A stretch of 64,000 nucleotides of DNA. Origin: a virus (Duplodnaviria > Caudoviricetes). How positions within the stretch are numbered: position 1 is the first letter of the stretch; the number at the start of each line of letters is the position of its first letter. Location: positions 684 to 64,683 of the IMG/VR virus record IMGVR_UViG_3300034061_001224, one strand, 5' to 3'. The notes under the pieces are model-generated. The model searched no databases. It was not told the DNA's origin and was given only the letters and a program-made list of their open reading frames with translations. Below are positions 1-9,493 of this stretch, piece after piece. The translations under genes were made by a program, and so were the position numbers.

Positions 1-120
1 ACGTTGCTTATCAGTAAGGTCTGCAAGCTCGTCCGGTGTCCAGTACATAACTAAGTAACCTAGCTTGTCTGCATCAAGGGCTAGACGGTTTAGCCTCTGC
101 TCAATAATCATGTCATTCAT
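1..120 (-). CDS. partial hypothetical early protein running off the window start
   Basis: ATG at 120 preceded by GGAGG. Reads MNDMIIEQRLNRLALDADKLGYLVMYWTPDEL and stays open to base 1. Confidence 0.55.
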   Translation of the reverse strand, partial: MNDMIIEQRLNRLALDADKLGYLVMYWTPDELADLTDKQR

Positions 121-182
121 GTCTGCCTCCTACGTAGTAACCACCCAGAGCCGCTGGGGTCGGTCTATCAATTGTTACAGTC

Positions 183-211
183 ATTATACAGGACTCTAGT
201 GGCTATGTCAA
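183..211 (-). promoter_or_regulatory. consensus sigma70 promoter
   Basis: TTGACA (211-206), 17-nt spacer, TATAAT (188-183), upstream of the ORF starting at 120. Confidence 0.8.
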
Positions 212-225
212 GTGATTATGCGACG

Positions 226-747
226 TTATACTACATACTGTGCCACAAACTCATGGGCACCGTCTAGCAGAAACTGCTCTACCTTTACCACAGGCATTTT
301 GCGGTTGTGCCCGTAAGATAACGCAATGCTACTTGACCCTATATATACTCCTTCACCTGCTAAGTCGTTAATAAAGTCCATGTATTGTGCTTTCCCACCA
401 CACCATTTACGCAGTACTGCACTTGATATAGACAATAAGTTAATATCCGCATCAAATCGCACTACGGGCTTTGTGGTGGGTATTAAAAGCGGTGGTTGTT
501 CTAGCCCACCGCTTAGTTTTGCATATCCTATACATAGACTGTACTTATGGTCTTGTATAAACGCATGGAGTTTCTCATCTATTTGGGTACGTCTTTCGTG
601 TTGTACCTGTGCGTACTCGTCTGGGTGTAGTGCTTGTAGGGCTTCTAGTTCCTTTTCGAACCTATAATTTAACTGGTTTGCATGGAGTTGTAGCAACTCT
701 GTGTATCGTACATGTAATGCATGGGCTTTCTCTTTATATAGGTTCAT
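226..747 (-). CDS. stand-alone paralog of the primase-helicase C-terminal domain
   Basis: IGYAKLSGGLEQPPLLIP..RFDAD..LSISSAVLRKWC..VKVEQF aligns with the C-terminus of 43502..46324. AGGAAA RBS upstream. Confidence 0.8.
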   Translation of the reverse strand: MNLYKEKAHALHVRYTELLQLHANQLNYRFEKELEALQALHPDEYAQVQHERRTQIDEKLHAFIQDHKYSLCIGYAKLSGGLEQPPLLIPTTKPVVRFDADINLLSISSAVLRKWCGGKAQYMDFINDLAGEGVYIGSSSIALSYGHNRKMPVVKVEQFLLDGAHEFVAQYVV

Positions 748-789
748 GGCTTTTCCTTTTATAGAATGTTGGGTGTTAGGTTATTGGTG

Positions 790-1662
790 TTAAGCGTATA
801 TACGGATTGCACTTGCTTCAGCCTTGGCTCTCTTAGCTTCTCTGATGTTAAACTCCGCTACTTCTGTAACTGTTAGTACTGCATACTTGCCGTCTACACA
901 CCGTATACGTCGATTAGTGTCTCTATGTGCAAAAAAATCATCGAATATATTGGCCTCTTCTAGGGTTATTTTCTTAGCGTTCAGCAACTCTACGATCCTA
1001 TCTCTTGGGCTATACATCCCAGAGTTTAATAGTGTGCGTAACTCACCCATCTTGTAGTCGATTATGGCTTGCGCTCCGGCACCGCTTAGCTCCCAGACTG
1101 TTTTCTTATGCGCACGTTTGGCACGTTCCAAGTCATATGCCTCAAAGTACCCTACATGCGTCTTAACGCGTTTAGATATGAGCTTAGTTGGCCTTGACGT
1201 CCAGCCTTTGGTTTTCTCACCCTCTAATGGCACTTCTTCCCATGCATTGGTTATGACATCAACTCTGTATTTACCTGCATGTATTCCAGATTTGCATAGG
1301 GTTATACCAGCCACGCCTGACTCGTTTTTGCATTCTCTAGCTGAGGTAGATAGGTATAGGTTTTCGATTCTAGTATCGAATGAGTCACCGTTTTTATGAA
1401 GCACTTGATGATCTGGATACGTGCCTTTGTGGTATAGCCATATTAGATTGGCAAGTGGGTGTGTTGCACCCAATAGATAAAGCATTCGTTTATCACTGGT
1501 TTTATGCACAGTTATTTTTGAGTATCGTCTCATGTAGTTGTCGGTATCTGCCTCGTGTATGGTTAGTGGTATTAACTGCCCTGCAAAGGCGCCTGCACTG
1601 ATGTATGCATAGCGACTTTTTAGTTGGGTTTGGGTGGGTTTATTTTTGGTTTTTCTTGCCAT
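790..1662 (-). CDS. HNH endonuclease-like protein with AP2-like segment
   Basis: LIWLYHKGTYPDHQVLHKNGDSFDTRIENL (HNH_3-like), then NESGVAGI..HVGYFE..AKRA. Start moved to MARKTKNK at 1662. Confidence 0.7.
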   Translation of the reverse strand: MARKTKNKPTQTQLKSRYAYISAGAFAGQLIPLTIHEADTDNYMRRYSKITVHKTSDKRMLYLLGATHPLANLIWLYHKGTYPDHQVLHKNGDSFDTRIENLYLSTSARECKNESGVAGITLCKSGIHAGKYRVDVITNAWEEVPLEGEKTKGWTSRPTKLISKRVKTHVGYFEAYDLERAKRAHKKTVWELSGAGAQAIIDYKMGELRTLLNSGMYSPRDRIVELLNAKKITLEEANIFDDFFAHRDTNRRIRCVDGKYAVLTVTEVAEFNIREAKRAKAEASAIRIYA

Positions 1663-2051
1663 TCTGGGAACCTTTTGGTTGTTGGTACATAAATTGAGGG
1701 TGCTTGAATAGTGTATCAGAGGTGAATGGTACGCACAATGGGGGGGTGTTAAATTATGTACGATGACAGCACAAACACATAAAACGAGAGAGCTTGAAAT
1801 GTGTACTAAAGTGGACAGAGTGCCCAAAAGGCTTGGTACGCAACTCAAGAATGGGCGTTTGGGGTGTGAAAATGAGGTAAGTACGGCAGATGGGGTGTGC
1901 TTGATTTACGCGCAATGGAGTTTGGTACAGATGGAACCGACTATCTTCAACTCGAAAAAAACGGATAGTGTTTGAATATGTGGGGGTATTGGTTGGAAAC
2001 TTGAAATACATACTAAGCATTTCTTTACTTTGGAAATAAAAAAACGAATAT

Positions 2052-2077
2052 GAGAGAGAGAGAGAGAGAGAGAGAGA
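2052..2077. repeat. (GA)13 microsatellite in an AT-rich non-coding region
   Basis: Read directly from the sequence. An (AAT)n run follows at about 2153-2172. Confidence 0.9.
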
Positions 2078-2411
2078 AAACGGCAAAAAACGCAAAAATT
2101 CTCAGGGGGGCTATTAATTAATTTATTTATTAAAGAATTACTTAGTATATAGAATAATAATAATAATAATAAACCCTCATTTTCTGCGTGCTGCGGGAAT
2201 TTTTGAGTTCACGCAACTCGGTGCTTTCTGTCCCAAACTCCATTGCACGCAGAACGCGCGCCTACTACGTAGTAACCTAAACCCTATTTTTGCCCCCTAA
2301 CCCTTTAGGAACGGGTATCAACCCTTTTCTGCGGGCAATAAAAAACCTGCATTAAGCAGGTTCGTTTTAAGACACGATAATTTTTAAGTGCTACCCAAGT
2401 ATTCCAGATAT

Positions 2412-2435
2412 AAAAAAAGCCCCGTGAAGGGGCTT
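2412..2435 (-). terminator. Rho-independent terminator
   Basis: AAGCCCC-GTGAA-GGGGCTT hairpin with a T tract on the minus strand, downstream of 2456..2692. Confidence 0.75.
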
Positions 2436-2455
2436 AGATTGGCTTTAATCACTAT

Positions 2456-2692
2456 TTAATCAAGGGATATAGCACTATAGATAGCCAAAATCCCACCAGA
2501 TAGGATACAAAATGCCTTTGTTGAGTTGCTTACTGTATCGCAGTCGTTGGCAAGTGCCATTAAGAGCGCCCCCATGCCTAACATCGCCACGGCAAATAGC
2601 ACGTCAATTAATGTTAAGTATTTTTGCATATCAACACCACCTGAATTGTTGCGTTCTACTGTGTACCATGTACCGTTAAAATAAGTTTTCAT
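2456..2692 (-). CDS. small membrane protein
   Basis: AAGGA RBS and two hydrophobic segments. The true start may be the internal MQKYLTL. Confidence 0.5.
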   Translation of the reverse strand: MKTYFNGTWYTVERNNSGGVDMQKYLTLIDVLFAVAMLGMGALLMALANDCDTVSNSTKAFCILSGGILAIYSAISLD

Positions 2693-2753
2693 GTGTATTT
2701 TTCCTTTTAAGAATTTAACTAAGGGATAAAAATTGATAACCTGTGTTCACAGG

Positions 2754-3461
2754 TTATTTAATCGACGGCAATTTATGAGCCATTTCCAGCGCATCTTCAA
2801 GAGCTGATAATAAGTCTTGTGATAACGGACTGGATTTCAAATCGTTTACTAGCTCAATTAATTCAGGCAATACAAGTTCAAATACTTGCTTAACAGGCTT
2901 ATCCTTAGTTTTAATGTGCGTTTCGAGTACACCTTTTGTTGCGGACTTTTGATCCGCTTGCGATTTGGCCGCTTTGTCGCGACTTGGGTTGCTACTGAAC
3001 TTTGTGCCGTCCTTAATACATGTGCGGATAATGCTTAGATAATTGCTTTTAGTTTGGTCAGCAAGTTCGCCCATGGCATACCATAAGGCGGCAGCATTCG
3101 GGCAGTTTTTATCCTTGTAGCCAATTTCAACCTTAGCAACCCTCAGCGGGGTTATTAGGTCATTAATACTCTTAACGATGCCCGCTCTAAGCTGGGTAAT
3201 GGTTTTAGCTTCTTTTTTAATCCCTTCAATTGCTAAACCATACTTAGCTTTAATCGCGGCAATTTCCGCATCGCGCGCGGTTTGTTGCGTCTTGGCCTCT
3301 AACAATGCCTTTTCGTGGGCTATACCCACGTTTGCGTAATTGTTTAACTTTTGTCCAAGTTCTAGCAGTAAAATTTCAGTCTGTGTGACGTTTGCTACAA
3401 CATCCGCTATAAACTGCTCCTCATTTTTATTTAAAACTTGTTTAACTGCTTTATTTGCCAT
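2754..3461 (-). CDS. hypothetical early protein
   Basis: 235-aa ORF with GGAG RBS and an upstream promoter. Confidence 0.75.
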   Translation of the reverse strand: MANKAVKQVLNKNEEQFIADVVANVTQTEILLLELGQKLNNYANVGIAHEKALLEAKTQQTARDAEIAAIKAKYGLAIEGIKKEAKTITQLRAGIVKSINDLITPLRVAKVEIGYKDKNCPNAAALWYAMGELADQTKSNYLSIIRTCIKDGTKFSSNPSRDKAAKSQADQKSATKGVLETHIKTKDKPVKQVFELVLPELIELVNDLKSSPLSQDLLSALEDALEMAHKLPSIK

Positions 3462-3536
3462 GGTAAAAACTCCAATAATTATATTCAGCGGCTATCTTGC
3501 CGCGTATTAGTTGGGCTATCTGCTCAACATGGGTAC

Positions 3537-3566
3537 ATTGTCAGATATATCAAATCGCTTTGTCAA
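3537..3566 (-). promoter_or_regulatory. sigma70-like promoter
   Basis: TTGACA (3566-3561), 18-nt spacer, GACAAT (3542-3537). Confidence 0.55.
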
Positions 3567-3973
3567 ATACTTTACGCGACTTAATACGCTTTAACGCCTT
3601 ACTACGTAGTAACCAGACAGGGCTAAACACCTATAAAACCCAGTAAAATCAAGCATTTATCTAAAAATCTGGGTATTTTCTGGGGCAGGTAGGGCTTATT
3701 TATTCTTTATATAGCGGGAAAAGCACCCCCAACACCCCTTTTTTCTGAATCACTACAGATTATCTATAGACTCAAATCCACACAAACAATACATACTTTT
3801 TTCAAAACTACACCAAATAACGCTACATTACGTAACCCCCCACCCCTTATCAATTTCTACCCGATGCTACACAAAGCAGAATACAGAAACACTCCCCGTC
3901 AATTTTATTTAACCCTAGGTAAAAATTTTTTGTATACTGTAATTCACTAAAATACACGGTCACCCCCGTACCT

Positions 3974-4513
3974 ATGGAAGAGCACCTTTGCATAGACCCG
4001 CCGTTGGATAACCCCAACGAGATAACAGCCATGCTGACCCGAGCTAGGGAGTGCTTCACTATGTCTGCCTCTTTCTTAGAAATGATGGGGTTTGATTTGC
4101 CTGAACCCACGGCAGATGACAAGAAGGAAGCTATGCAGATTTATCACTCTGCACCTAACGCCCCAACTAAGCCTACTACACTAGGTGCAGCAGTTATTCT
4201 CGACCGTATGCTTGCTAAGCACGATTACGTTTTAGCAGACCCATCTAATAAGATGCGTAACTACGTTGTCTACAAACTATTCGAACATGCCGAAAGCGAA
4301 GACCCTAAGGTCAGTTTAAAAGCGCTTGAGTTTCTAGCGAAGTCCTCCGATGTGGGACTATTTGCCGACAAGATTGAAATTAACATTAATCAGAAGTCCA
4401 CAGTTGAGTTAGAGTCAGAATTGTCATCACTGCTTAAAGGTATTGCACAACGAAGTCTAGCACCAAAAAACAACACGTATGATGCAACTGATGCGGATTT
4501 TGTAGATGCTTAG
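3974..4513 (+). CDS. terS: probable terminase small subunit
   Basis: Directly upstream of and overlapping TerL. Typical size, with a LKALEFLAK..VGLF motif. Confidence 0.6.
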   Translation: MEEHLCIDPPLDNPNEITAMLTRARECFTMSASFLEMMGFDLPEPTADDKKEAMQIYHSAPNAPTKPTTLGAAVILDRMLAKHDYVLADPSNKMRNYVVYKLFEHAESEDPKVSLKALEFLAKSSDVGLFADKIEININQKSTVELESELSSLLKGIAQRSLAPKNNTYDATDADFVDA

Positions 4514-6917
4514 TACTTTATCTGAGGCAGATTTAAAACTGGCCCTCGCCTATGCAACACCTAGCGAAAAGATTGCTATCAATAAGATACTAGCAGAGTT
4601 GAAGCAAAGAAATTTGCGTGAAGCCGCCCAAGAAAACTTCATGGCTTTTGTTGAATATATTTGGCCAGACTTTATTAACGGGCGGCATCATCAGCGGATG
4701 GCTAAGTTATTTGAGGATGTAGCTTCAGGTAAGGAAAAAAGGATCATTATTAACTTAGGTCCTAGGCACACAAAGTCAGAGTTTGCCTCCTATTTATTAC
4801 CAGCATGGCTATTGGGTAAGTTTCCTAATAAAAAGATTATGCAGGTATCGAACACGTCAGAACTTGCAGAAGGTTTTGGTCGTAAAGTACGTAACTTGGT
4901 GGGTTCTGAACGATTCAGGGAAGTGTTTCCCGATGTTGAATTAAGGCAAGATTCTAAAGCGGCAGGTCGATGGAACACTAACAAGAACGGTGAGTATTTT
5001 GCGACAGGTGTTGGCGGCGCGTTAGCAGGTCGAGGTGCTGATATATGCATTATTGACGATCCACACACTGAAGCAGAAGCAATAGCAGCAAGAACAAACC
5101 CTGCTATCTACGATAAGACATATGATTGGTACACCTCAGGGCCTCGGCAGCGGTTACAACCTAAGGGATCTGTAGTTCTGGTTATGTGTATGACAGGTGA
5201 CACTAACGTATTAATGGCCAACGGGACAACAACGCAGTTAAAAAATATACGCGTTGGAGATGAAGTAGCTACATTTGATAAGGGCAGGTTAGGAGTAAGT
5301 AAGGTCAATAATTGGCGGTCAAGTGGTACGGATACCATATACACAGTACAAACGCAATCTGGCATAATTCTTCGAGCAAATGAGAGGCATCCGTTTCTTG
5401 TGCTTAATGAAGGGGTATTAGAATGGACCAGATTGAGATCGTTAAAACCGGGTATGTTGCTTGTAGCAATGAAGGATGTACAAGACCTGCAAGGTCACAA
5501 ATTAAACCGGGGATGTGCCATCCATGCCAAGCTAGAGAGTGCTACCATAAGAAAAACCCTGAAGCCCCTTATCACCCGATTGGGCACCATGGTAAGTGGA
5601 AAGGTAAAGCTTGCGCATGTGGAAAGCCAGCAAAAGCTAAAGGACTATGTGACTCTTGTTACTCAAAAAAATACCCGTCAGCTAAATCAACACCAGAGCA
5701 AAATAGAGCGCGACGAATTAAACACAGATATGGCATCACTGCGGAAACCTACGACCAAATGGTTGAAGCGCGTGGCAACAGATGCGATGTTTGTGGGCAA
5801 TTACCCTCTGCAAAAAATACAAGAGCTCATTGGAGCGGAAAATTATGCATCGACCATTGCCATAACACCGGAAAAGTCAGAGGGCTACTTTGCAACGACT
5901 GCAACCTCGCAGTTGGATATGGGAAGACAGCAGATATTCTCGAACGAGCTGCGGCGTATCTCCGACTTCACGACTGATCCGATAGTTAGTATCGTTTATG
6001 CAGGTAAGGAAGAAGTATTTGATGTTGAGGTAGACCGCACTGAAAATTTCATTGCTAATGGGATAGTCAGCCACAACACTCGCTGGCATGCCAGAGATTT
6101 AACAGGGCAGATAATAGAGGCATCACAGAAAAGTGATCGTATGGATCAGTGGAGACTGGTGCAGTTCCCGGCTATTTTACCTAGTGGTAAGCCATTATGG
6201 CCTGAGTTTTGGTCCCTACCTGAGCTAGAGGCAGTTAAAGCAGAGATCCCGAATAGTAAGTGGCAAGCGCAGTACCAACAAGAACCTACGTCAGAAGAAG
6301 GTGCGATTGTTAAGCGTGAATGGTGGCGAGAATGGGATAAAGGCAACCCACCACACAATATAGAGTTTACGTTAATGTCATGGGATACAGCGTTTGAAAA
6401 GCATAACAATGCTGACTATAGTGCGATGACGGTATGGGGTGTATTTAATACAGAGGATGAAGATGGGTTTGAGAGGCCCAATATCATTTTGCTTGATGCA
6501 GTTAAGAAACGTGTGGAGTTTCCTGAATTAAAGCAGTGGGTGCTTGAGGCGTATAAGGAGTGGGAGCCTGACGGGATTATTATTGAGAAAAGGGCATCTG
6601 GTGCGTCACTAATACAAGAGCTTAGACGTATGGGCATTCCTGTACAAGACTTTACACCCACTAAAGGTAATGACAAGATTTCACGACTTAATAGTGTGGC
6701 TGATATTTTTGCTTCTGGTTTTGTGTGGGCACCACAGACACGTTGGGCGGAAGAAGTAATAGATGATGTGGCATCATTCCCTGCTGGAGCGCATGATGAT
6801 ATTGTCGATACAGTCAGTATGGCGATGATTAGATTTAGGCAGGGTGGGTTCGTAGGAACTCAATTAGATGAACCCGAGGAAGAACAATACTTTAAGCGTA
6901 AAGTAGCTTATTATTAA
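4506..6917 (+). CDS. terL: terminase large subunit, intein-containing
   Basis: Walker A-like GPRHTKSE, Walker B IIDDP, VM/TRWH motif, and RNase H-like nuclease domain (SWDTA..ADYSA..FPAGAHDDIVD). Confidence 0.95.
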   Translation: MLSTLSEADLKLALAYATPSEKIAINKILAELKQRNLREAAQENFMAFVEYIWPDFINGRHHQRMAKLFEDVASGKEKRIIINLGPRHTKSEFASYLLPAWLLGKFPNKKIMQVSNTSELAEGFGRKVRNLVGSERFREVFPDVELRQDSKAAGRWNTNKNGEYFATGVGGALAGRGADICIIDDPHTEAEAIAARTNPAIYDKTYDWYTSGPRQRLQPKGSVVLVMCMTGDTNVLMANGTTTQLKNIRVGDEVATFDKGRLGVSKVNNWRSSGTDTIYTVQTQSGIILRANERHPFLVLNEGVLEWTRLRSLKPGMLLVAMKDVQDLQGHKLNRGCAIHAKLESATIRKTLKPLITRLGTMVSGKVKLAHVESQQKLKDYVTLVTQKNTRQLNQHQSKIERDELNTDMASLRKPTTKWLKRVATDAMFVGNYPLQKIQELIGAENYASTIAITPEKSEGYFATTATSQLDMGRQQIFSNELRRISDFTTDPIVSIVYAGKEEVFDVEVDRTENFIANGIVSHNTRWHARDLTGQIIEASQKSDRMDQWRLVQFPAILPSGKPLWPEFWSLPELEAVKAEIPNSKWQAQYQQEPTSEEGAIVKREWWREWDKGNPPHNIEFTLMSWDTAFEKHNNADYSAMTVWGVFNTEDEDGFERPNIILLDAVKKRVEFPELKQWVLEAYKEWEPDGIIIEKRASGASLIQELRRMGIPVQDFTPTKGNDKISRLNSVADIFASGFVWAPQTRWAEEVIDDVASFPAGAHDDIVDTVSMAMIRFRQGGFVGTQLDEPEEEQYFKRKVAYY
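5187..6077 (+). mobile_element. intein in TerL (297 aa)
   Basis: Starts CMTGDTNVLMANG (block A), has RANERHPFL (block B) and VFDVEVDRTENFIANGIVSHN (blocks F/G), with +1 Thr. Removal restores VVLVM-TRWH. Confidence 0.93.
5423..5977 (+). CDS. endonuclease VII-family nuclease nested out of frame in the TerL intein
   Basis: RYGITAETYDQM..CDVC..LCIDHCHNTGKVRGLLCNDCNLAVG motif, N-terminal CxxC pairs, and GAAGGGGT RBS at 5409-5416. Confidence 0.88.
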   Translation: MDQIEIVKTGYVACSNEGCTRPARSQIKPGMCHPCQARECYHKKNPEAPYHPIGHHGKWKGKACACGKPAKAKGLCDSCYSKKYPSAKSTPEQNRARRIKHRYGITAETYDQMVEARGNRCDVCGQLPSAKNTRAHWSGKLCIDHCHNTGKVRGLLCNDCNLAVGYGKTADILERAAAYLRLHD

Positions 6918-6949
6918 GTGAAGCTTTTTACCCTATAGGAATACAAAAC

Positions 6950-9493
6950 ATGGCAATTGATAAAGCACTTTACCAAGCCCCACAAGGCATTGGCTCATTA
7001 CCTGAAGAACCAGACTTAGAGATTGAAATTGAGAACCCTGATGACGTCACAATGACAATCGGCGGGTTAGAAATTGATTTAATGCCTGAGAAAGAGACAT
7101 CTGAAGACTTTAATGCCAACTTAGCGGAAGAGATGGACGATAAAGAGCTTGTTACTTTGGCAGGTGACTTATTAGCTGACTTTGATGATGATATTGCCTC
7201 TAGAAAAGACTGGATGACTACCTATGTCGATGGTATTGAGCTATTAGGTATGAAGATTGAGGAACGCTCTGAGCCTTGGGAAGGTGCGTGTGGGGTATAT
7301 CACCCACTATTAAGTGAAGCATTGGTTAAATTCCAAGCTGAAACTATGATGAGTACGTTCCCTGCAGCGGGTCCGGTTAAAACTCAGATCATTGGCAAGG
7401 AAACACAAGAGAAAAAAGACGCAGCGACACGTGTCCAAGAGGACATGAACTATCAGTTGACTGATGAGATGACTGAATTTAGGCCAGAACATGAGCGTAT
7501 GCTGTGGGGCTTAGGTATGTCAGGTAATGCGTTCAAGAAAGTGTATTTTGACCCACACTTAGATCGTCAAGTATCGCTGTTTGTACCTGCTGAAGACCTT
7601 GTTGTGCCTTATGGCGCGATGAATCTAGAGCAAGCAGAGCGTGTAACCCATGTAATGCGTAAGACTGAGAACGATTTGCGTCGTTTGCAGGTAGCTGGCT
7701 TCTATAGAGATGTTGATTTGGGTGAGCCAGATAATGCTTTGGATGAAGTTGAGAAGAAAATTGCTGAAAAGATGGGTTTTAGAGCGACATCTGATGACCG
7801 ATACAAGGTATTGGAGATGCACGTTGACCTCGATTTGCCGGGTTTTGAGCATGAAGAAGACGGTGAAGCTACAGGTATTGCACTACCTTACGTGGTGACT
7901 ATTGAGAAGGGCAGTAACACCATATTAGCAATTCGCAGAAACTGGGAAGAAGGCGATGAGTCTTATCAAAAACGTCAGCATTTTGTGCATTACGGCTATG
8001 TACCGGGTTTTGGTTTCTATTGTTTTGGTCTTATCCATCTTGTTGGCGCTTTTGCTAAGTCTGGTACTTCTCTTATTAGACAGCTTGTGGATGCAGGTAC
8101 ATTGTCTAACCTCCCGGGTGGCTTCAAAGCTAGAGGCATGCGTATTAAAGGTGATGATACACCGATAGCACCGGGTGAATGGCGTGATGTAGACGTACCA
8201 AGTGGGGCAATGAGGGACAATATGATTCCGTTGCCATATAAAGAGCCTAGCCAAACATTGATGGCATTATTAGGGCAAATTGTTGATGAAGGTAGACGGT
8301 TTGCTAACGCGGCTGACTTACAGATTTCTGATATGTCAGGACAAGCGCCTGTAGGCACCACGCTGGCTATTTTAGAGCGCACTCTGAAGTCGATGAGCGC
8401 AATTCAAGCGCGTATCCACTATAGCTTTAAGCAAGAATTGGTTCTATTAAAAGGAATCATTGCAGCGTATGCGCCAGAAGACTACAACTACGAGCCAGAT
8501 ACAGGTAGTAGAAAAGCTAAACGCTCTGACTACTCGATGGTTGACGTTATCCCTGTATCTGATCCAAACGCCTCTACAATGGCGCAGAAGATTGTTCAGT
8601 ACCAAGCGGTATTGCAGCTGGCTCAGCAGTCGCCTCAGATTTATAACATGCCGTTACTACATCGTCAGATGTTGGACGTATTAGGTATTAAAGACGCTCA
8701 GAAGTTAGTGCCGATGGCTGAGGACATGAAGCCATTAGATCCGATTACTGAAAATCAAAATGTATTGGCGATGAAACCTGTCAAAGCGTTTTTAAACCAA
8801 GACCATCAAGCACATATCCAAGTGCATATGACAGCTATGCAGGATCCAAAAATTCAGCAGTTATTACAAGGTAATCCAGCGGCACAACAGATTGCAGCAG
8901 CAGCGCAAGCGCACATTGCTGAACATTTAGGGTTTGAATACCGCAAACAGATTGAACAACAGTTAGGTTTTGCATTGCCTCCTCAACAAGATGAATCAGG
9001 TGAAGATACTCATATGGATCCTGAAGCAGAAGCAAGATTATCACCGTTGTTAGCTCAGGCAGCGCAGCAGTTACTACAGCAAAACCAAGCAGAAGCTGCA
9101 CAACGACAAGCCCAACAACAAATGCAAGACCCATTGGTTCAAATGCAGATGCAAGAGTTGCAGCTTAAACAGCAAGAGCAACAACGCAAAGCACAGAAAG
9201 ATCAAGCGGATATTCAGCTTAAAGCCCAGCAACTTCAGGTTGAACGCGAGCGCATCGCAGCACAAGAACGCACAGCTTCACAGCAACAAAAAATTGATGC
9301 TTTAAAATCTGCAGCACAAGTAACGGCTAAACGTGATAGCGATGCTGCTAAGTTAAAAACTGAGGCACTTAAATCGGCAGCACAAATTACTGAACAGAAA
9401 CGTAGCAATAACCAGAAAGCGGCGATTGATGCTCTGAAAACAGCAGCAACGTTGGAAGCACAAAAACAACACAAGCCGACAAAAGGTGATTAA
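6950..9493 (+). CDS. portal protein (P22-like, long Gln-rich coiled-coil C-terminus)
   Basis: Position after TerL, 847 aa, HPLLSEALVKFQA and QAPVGTTLA motifs, Q-rich helical tail. Confidence 0.88.
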   Translation: MAIDKALYQAPQGIGSLPEEPDLEIEIENPDDVTMTIGGLEIDLMPEKETSEDFNANLAEEMDDKELVTLAGDLLADFDDDIASRKDWMTTYVDGIELLGMKIEERSEPWEGACGVYHPLLSEALVKFQAETMMSTFPAAGPVKTQIIGKETQEKKDAATRVQEDMNYQLTDEMTEFRPEHERMLWGLGMSGNAFKKVYFDPHLDRQVSLFVPAEDLVVPYGAMNLEQAERVTHVMRKTENDLRRLQVAGFYRDVDLGEPDNALDEVEKKIAEKMGFRATSDDRYKVLEMHVDLDLPGFEHEEDGEATGIALPYVVTIEKGSNTILAIRRNWEEGDESYQKRQHFVHYGYVPGFGFYCFGLIHLVGAFAKSGTSLIRQLVDAGTLSNLPGGFKARGMRIKGDDTPIAPGEWRDVDVPSGAMRDNMIPLPYKEPSQTLMALLGQIVDEGRRFANAADLQISDMSGQAPVGTTLAILERTLKSMSAIQARIHYSFKQELVLLKGIIAAYAPEDYNYEPDTGSRKAKRSDYSMVDVIPVSDPNASTMAQKIVQYQAVLQLAQQSPQIYNMPLLHRQMLDVLGIKDAQKLVPMAEDMKPLDPITENQNVLAMKPVKAFLNQDHQAHIQVHMTAMQDPKIQQLLQGNPAAQQIAAAAQAHIAEHLGFEYRKQIEQQLGFALPPQQDESGEDTHMDPEAEARLSPLLAQAAQQLLQQNQAEAAQRQAQQQMQDPLVQMQMQELQLKQQEQQRKAQKDQADIQLKAQQLQVERERIAAQERTASQQQKIDALKSAAQVTAKRDSDAAKLKTEALKSAAQITEQKRSNNQKAAIDALKTAATLEAQKQHKPTKGD

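Noticed and set aside
1754-2095. 113-aa ORF with SLSLSL run
   Set aside because: It is a translation of the (GA)n microsatellite, with no RBS or protein-like composition.
5187-6077. Group I intron or sequencing frameshift as the explanation for the nested nuclease
   Set aside because: The host frame is open throughout with complete intein blocks at both ends, the nested ORF has its own start, RBS and stop, and the same layout recurs in the polymerase. Read-level confirmation is still needed.
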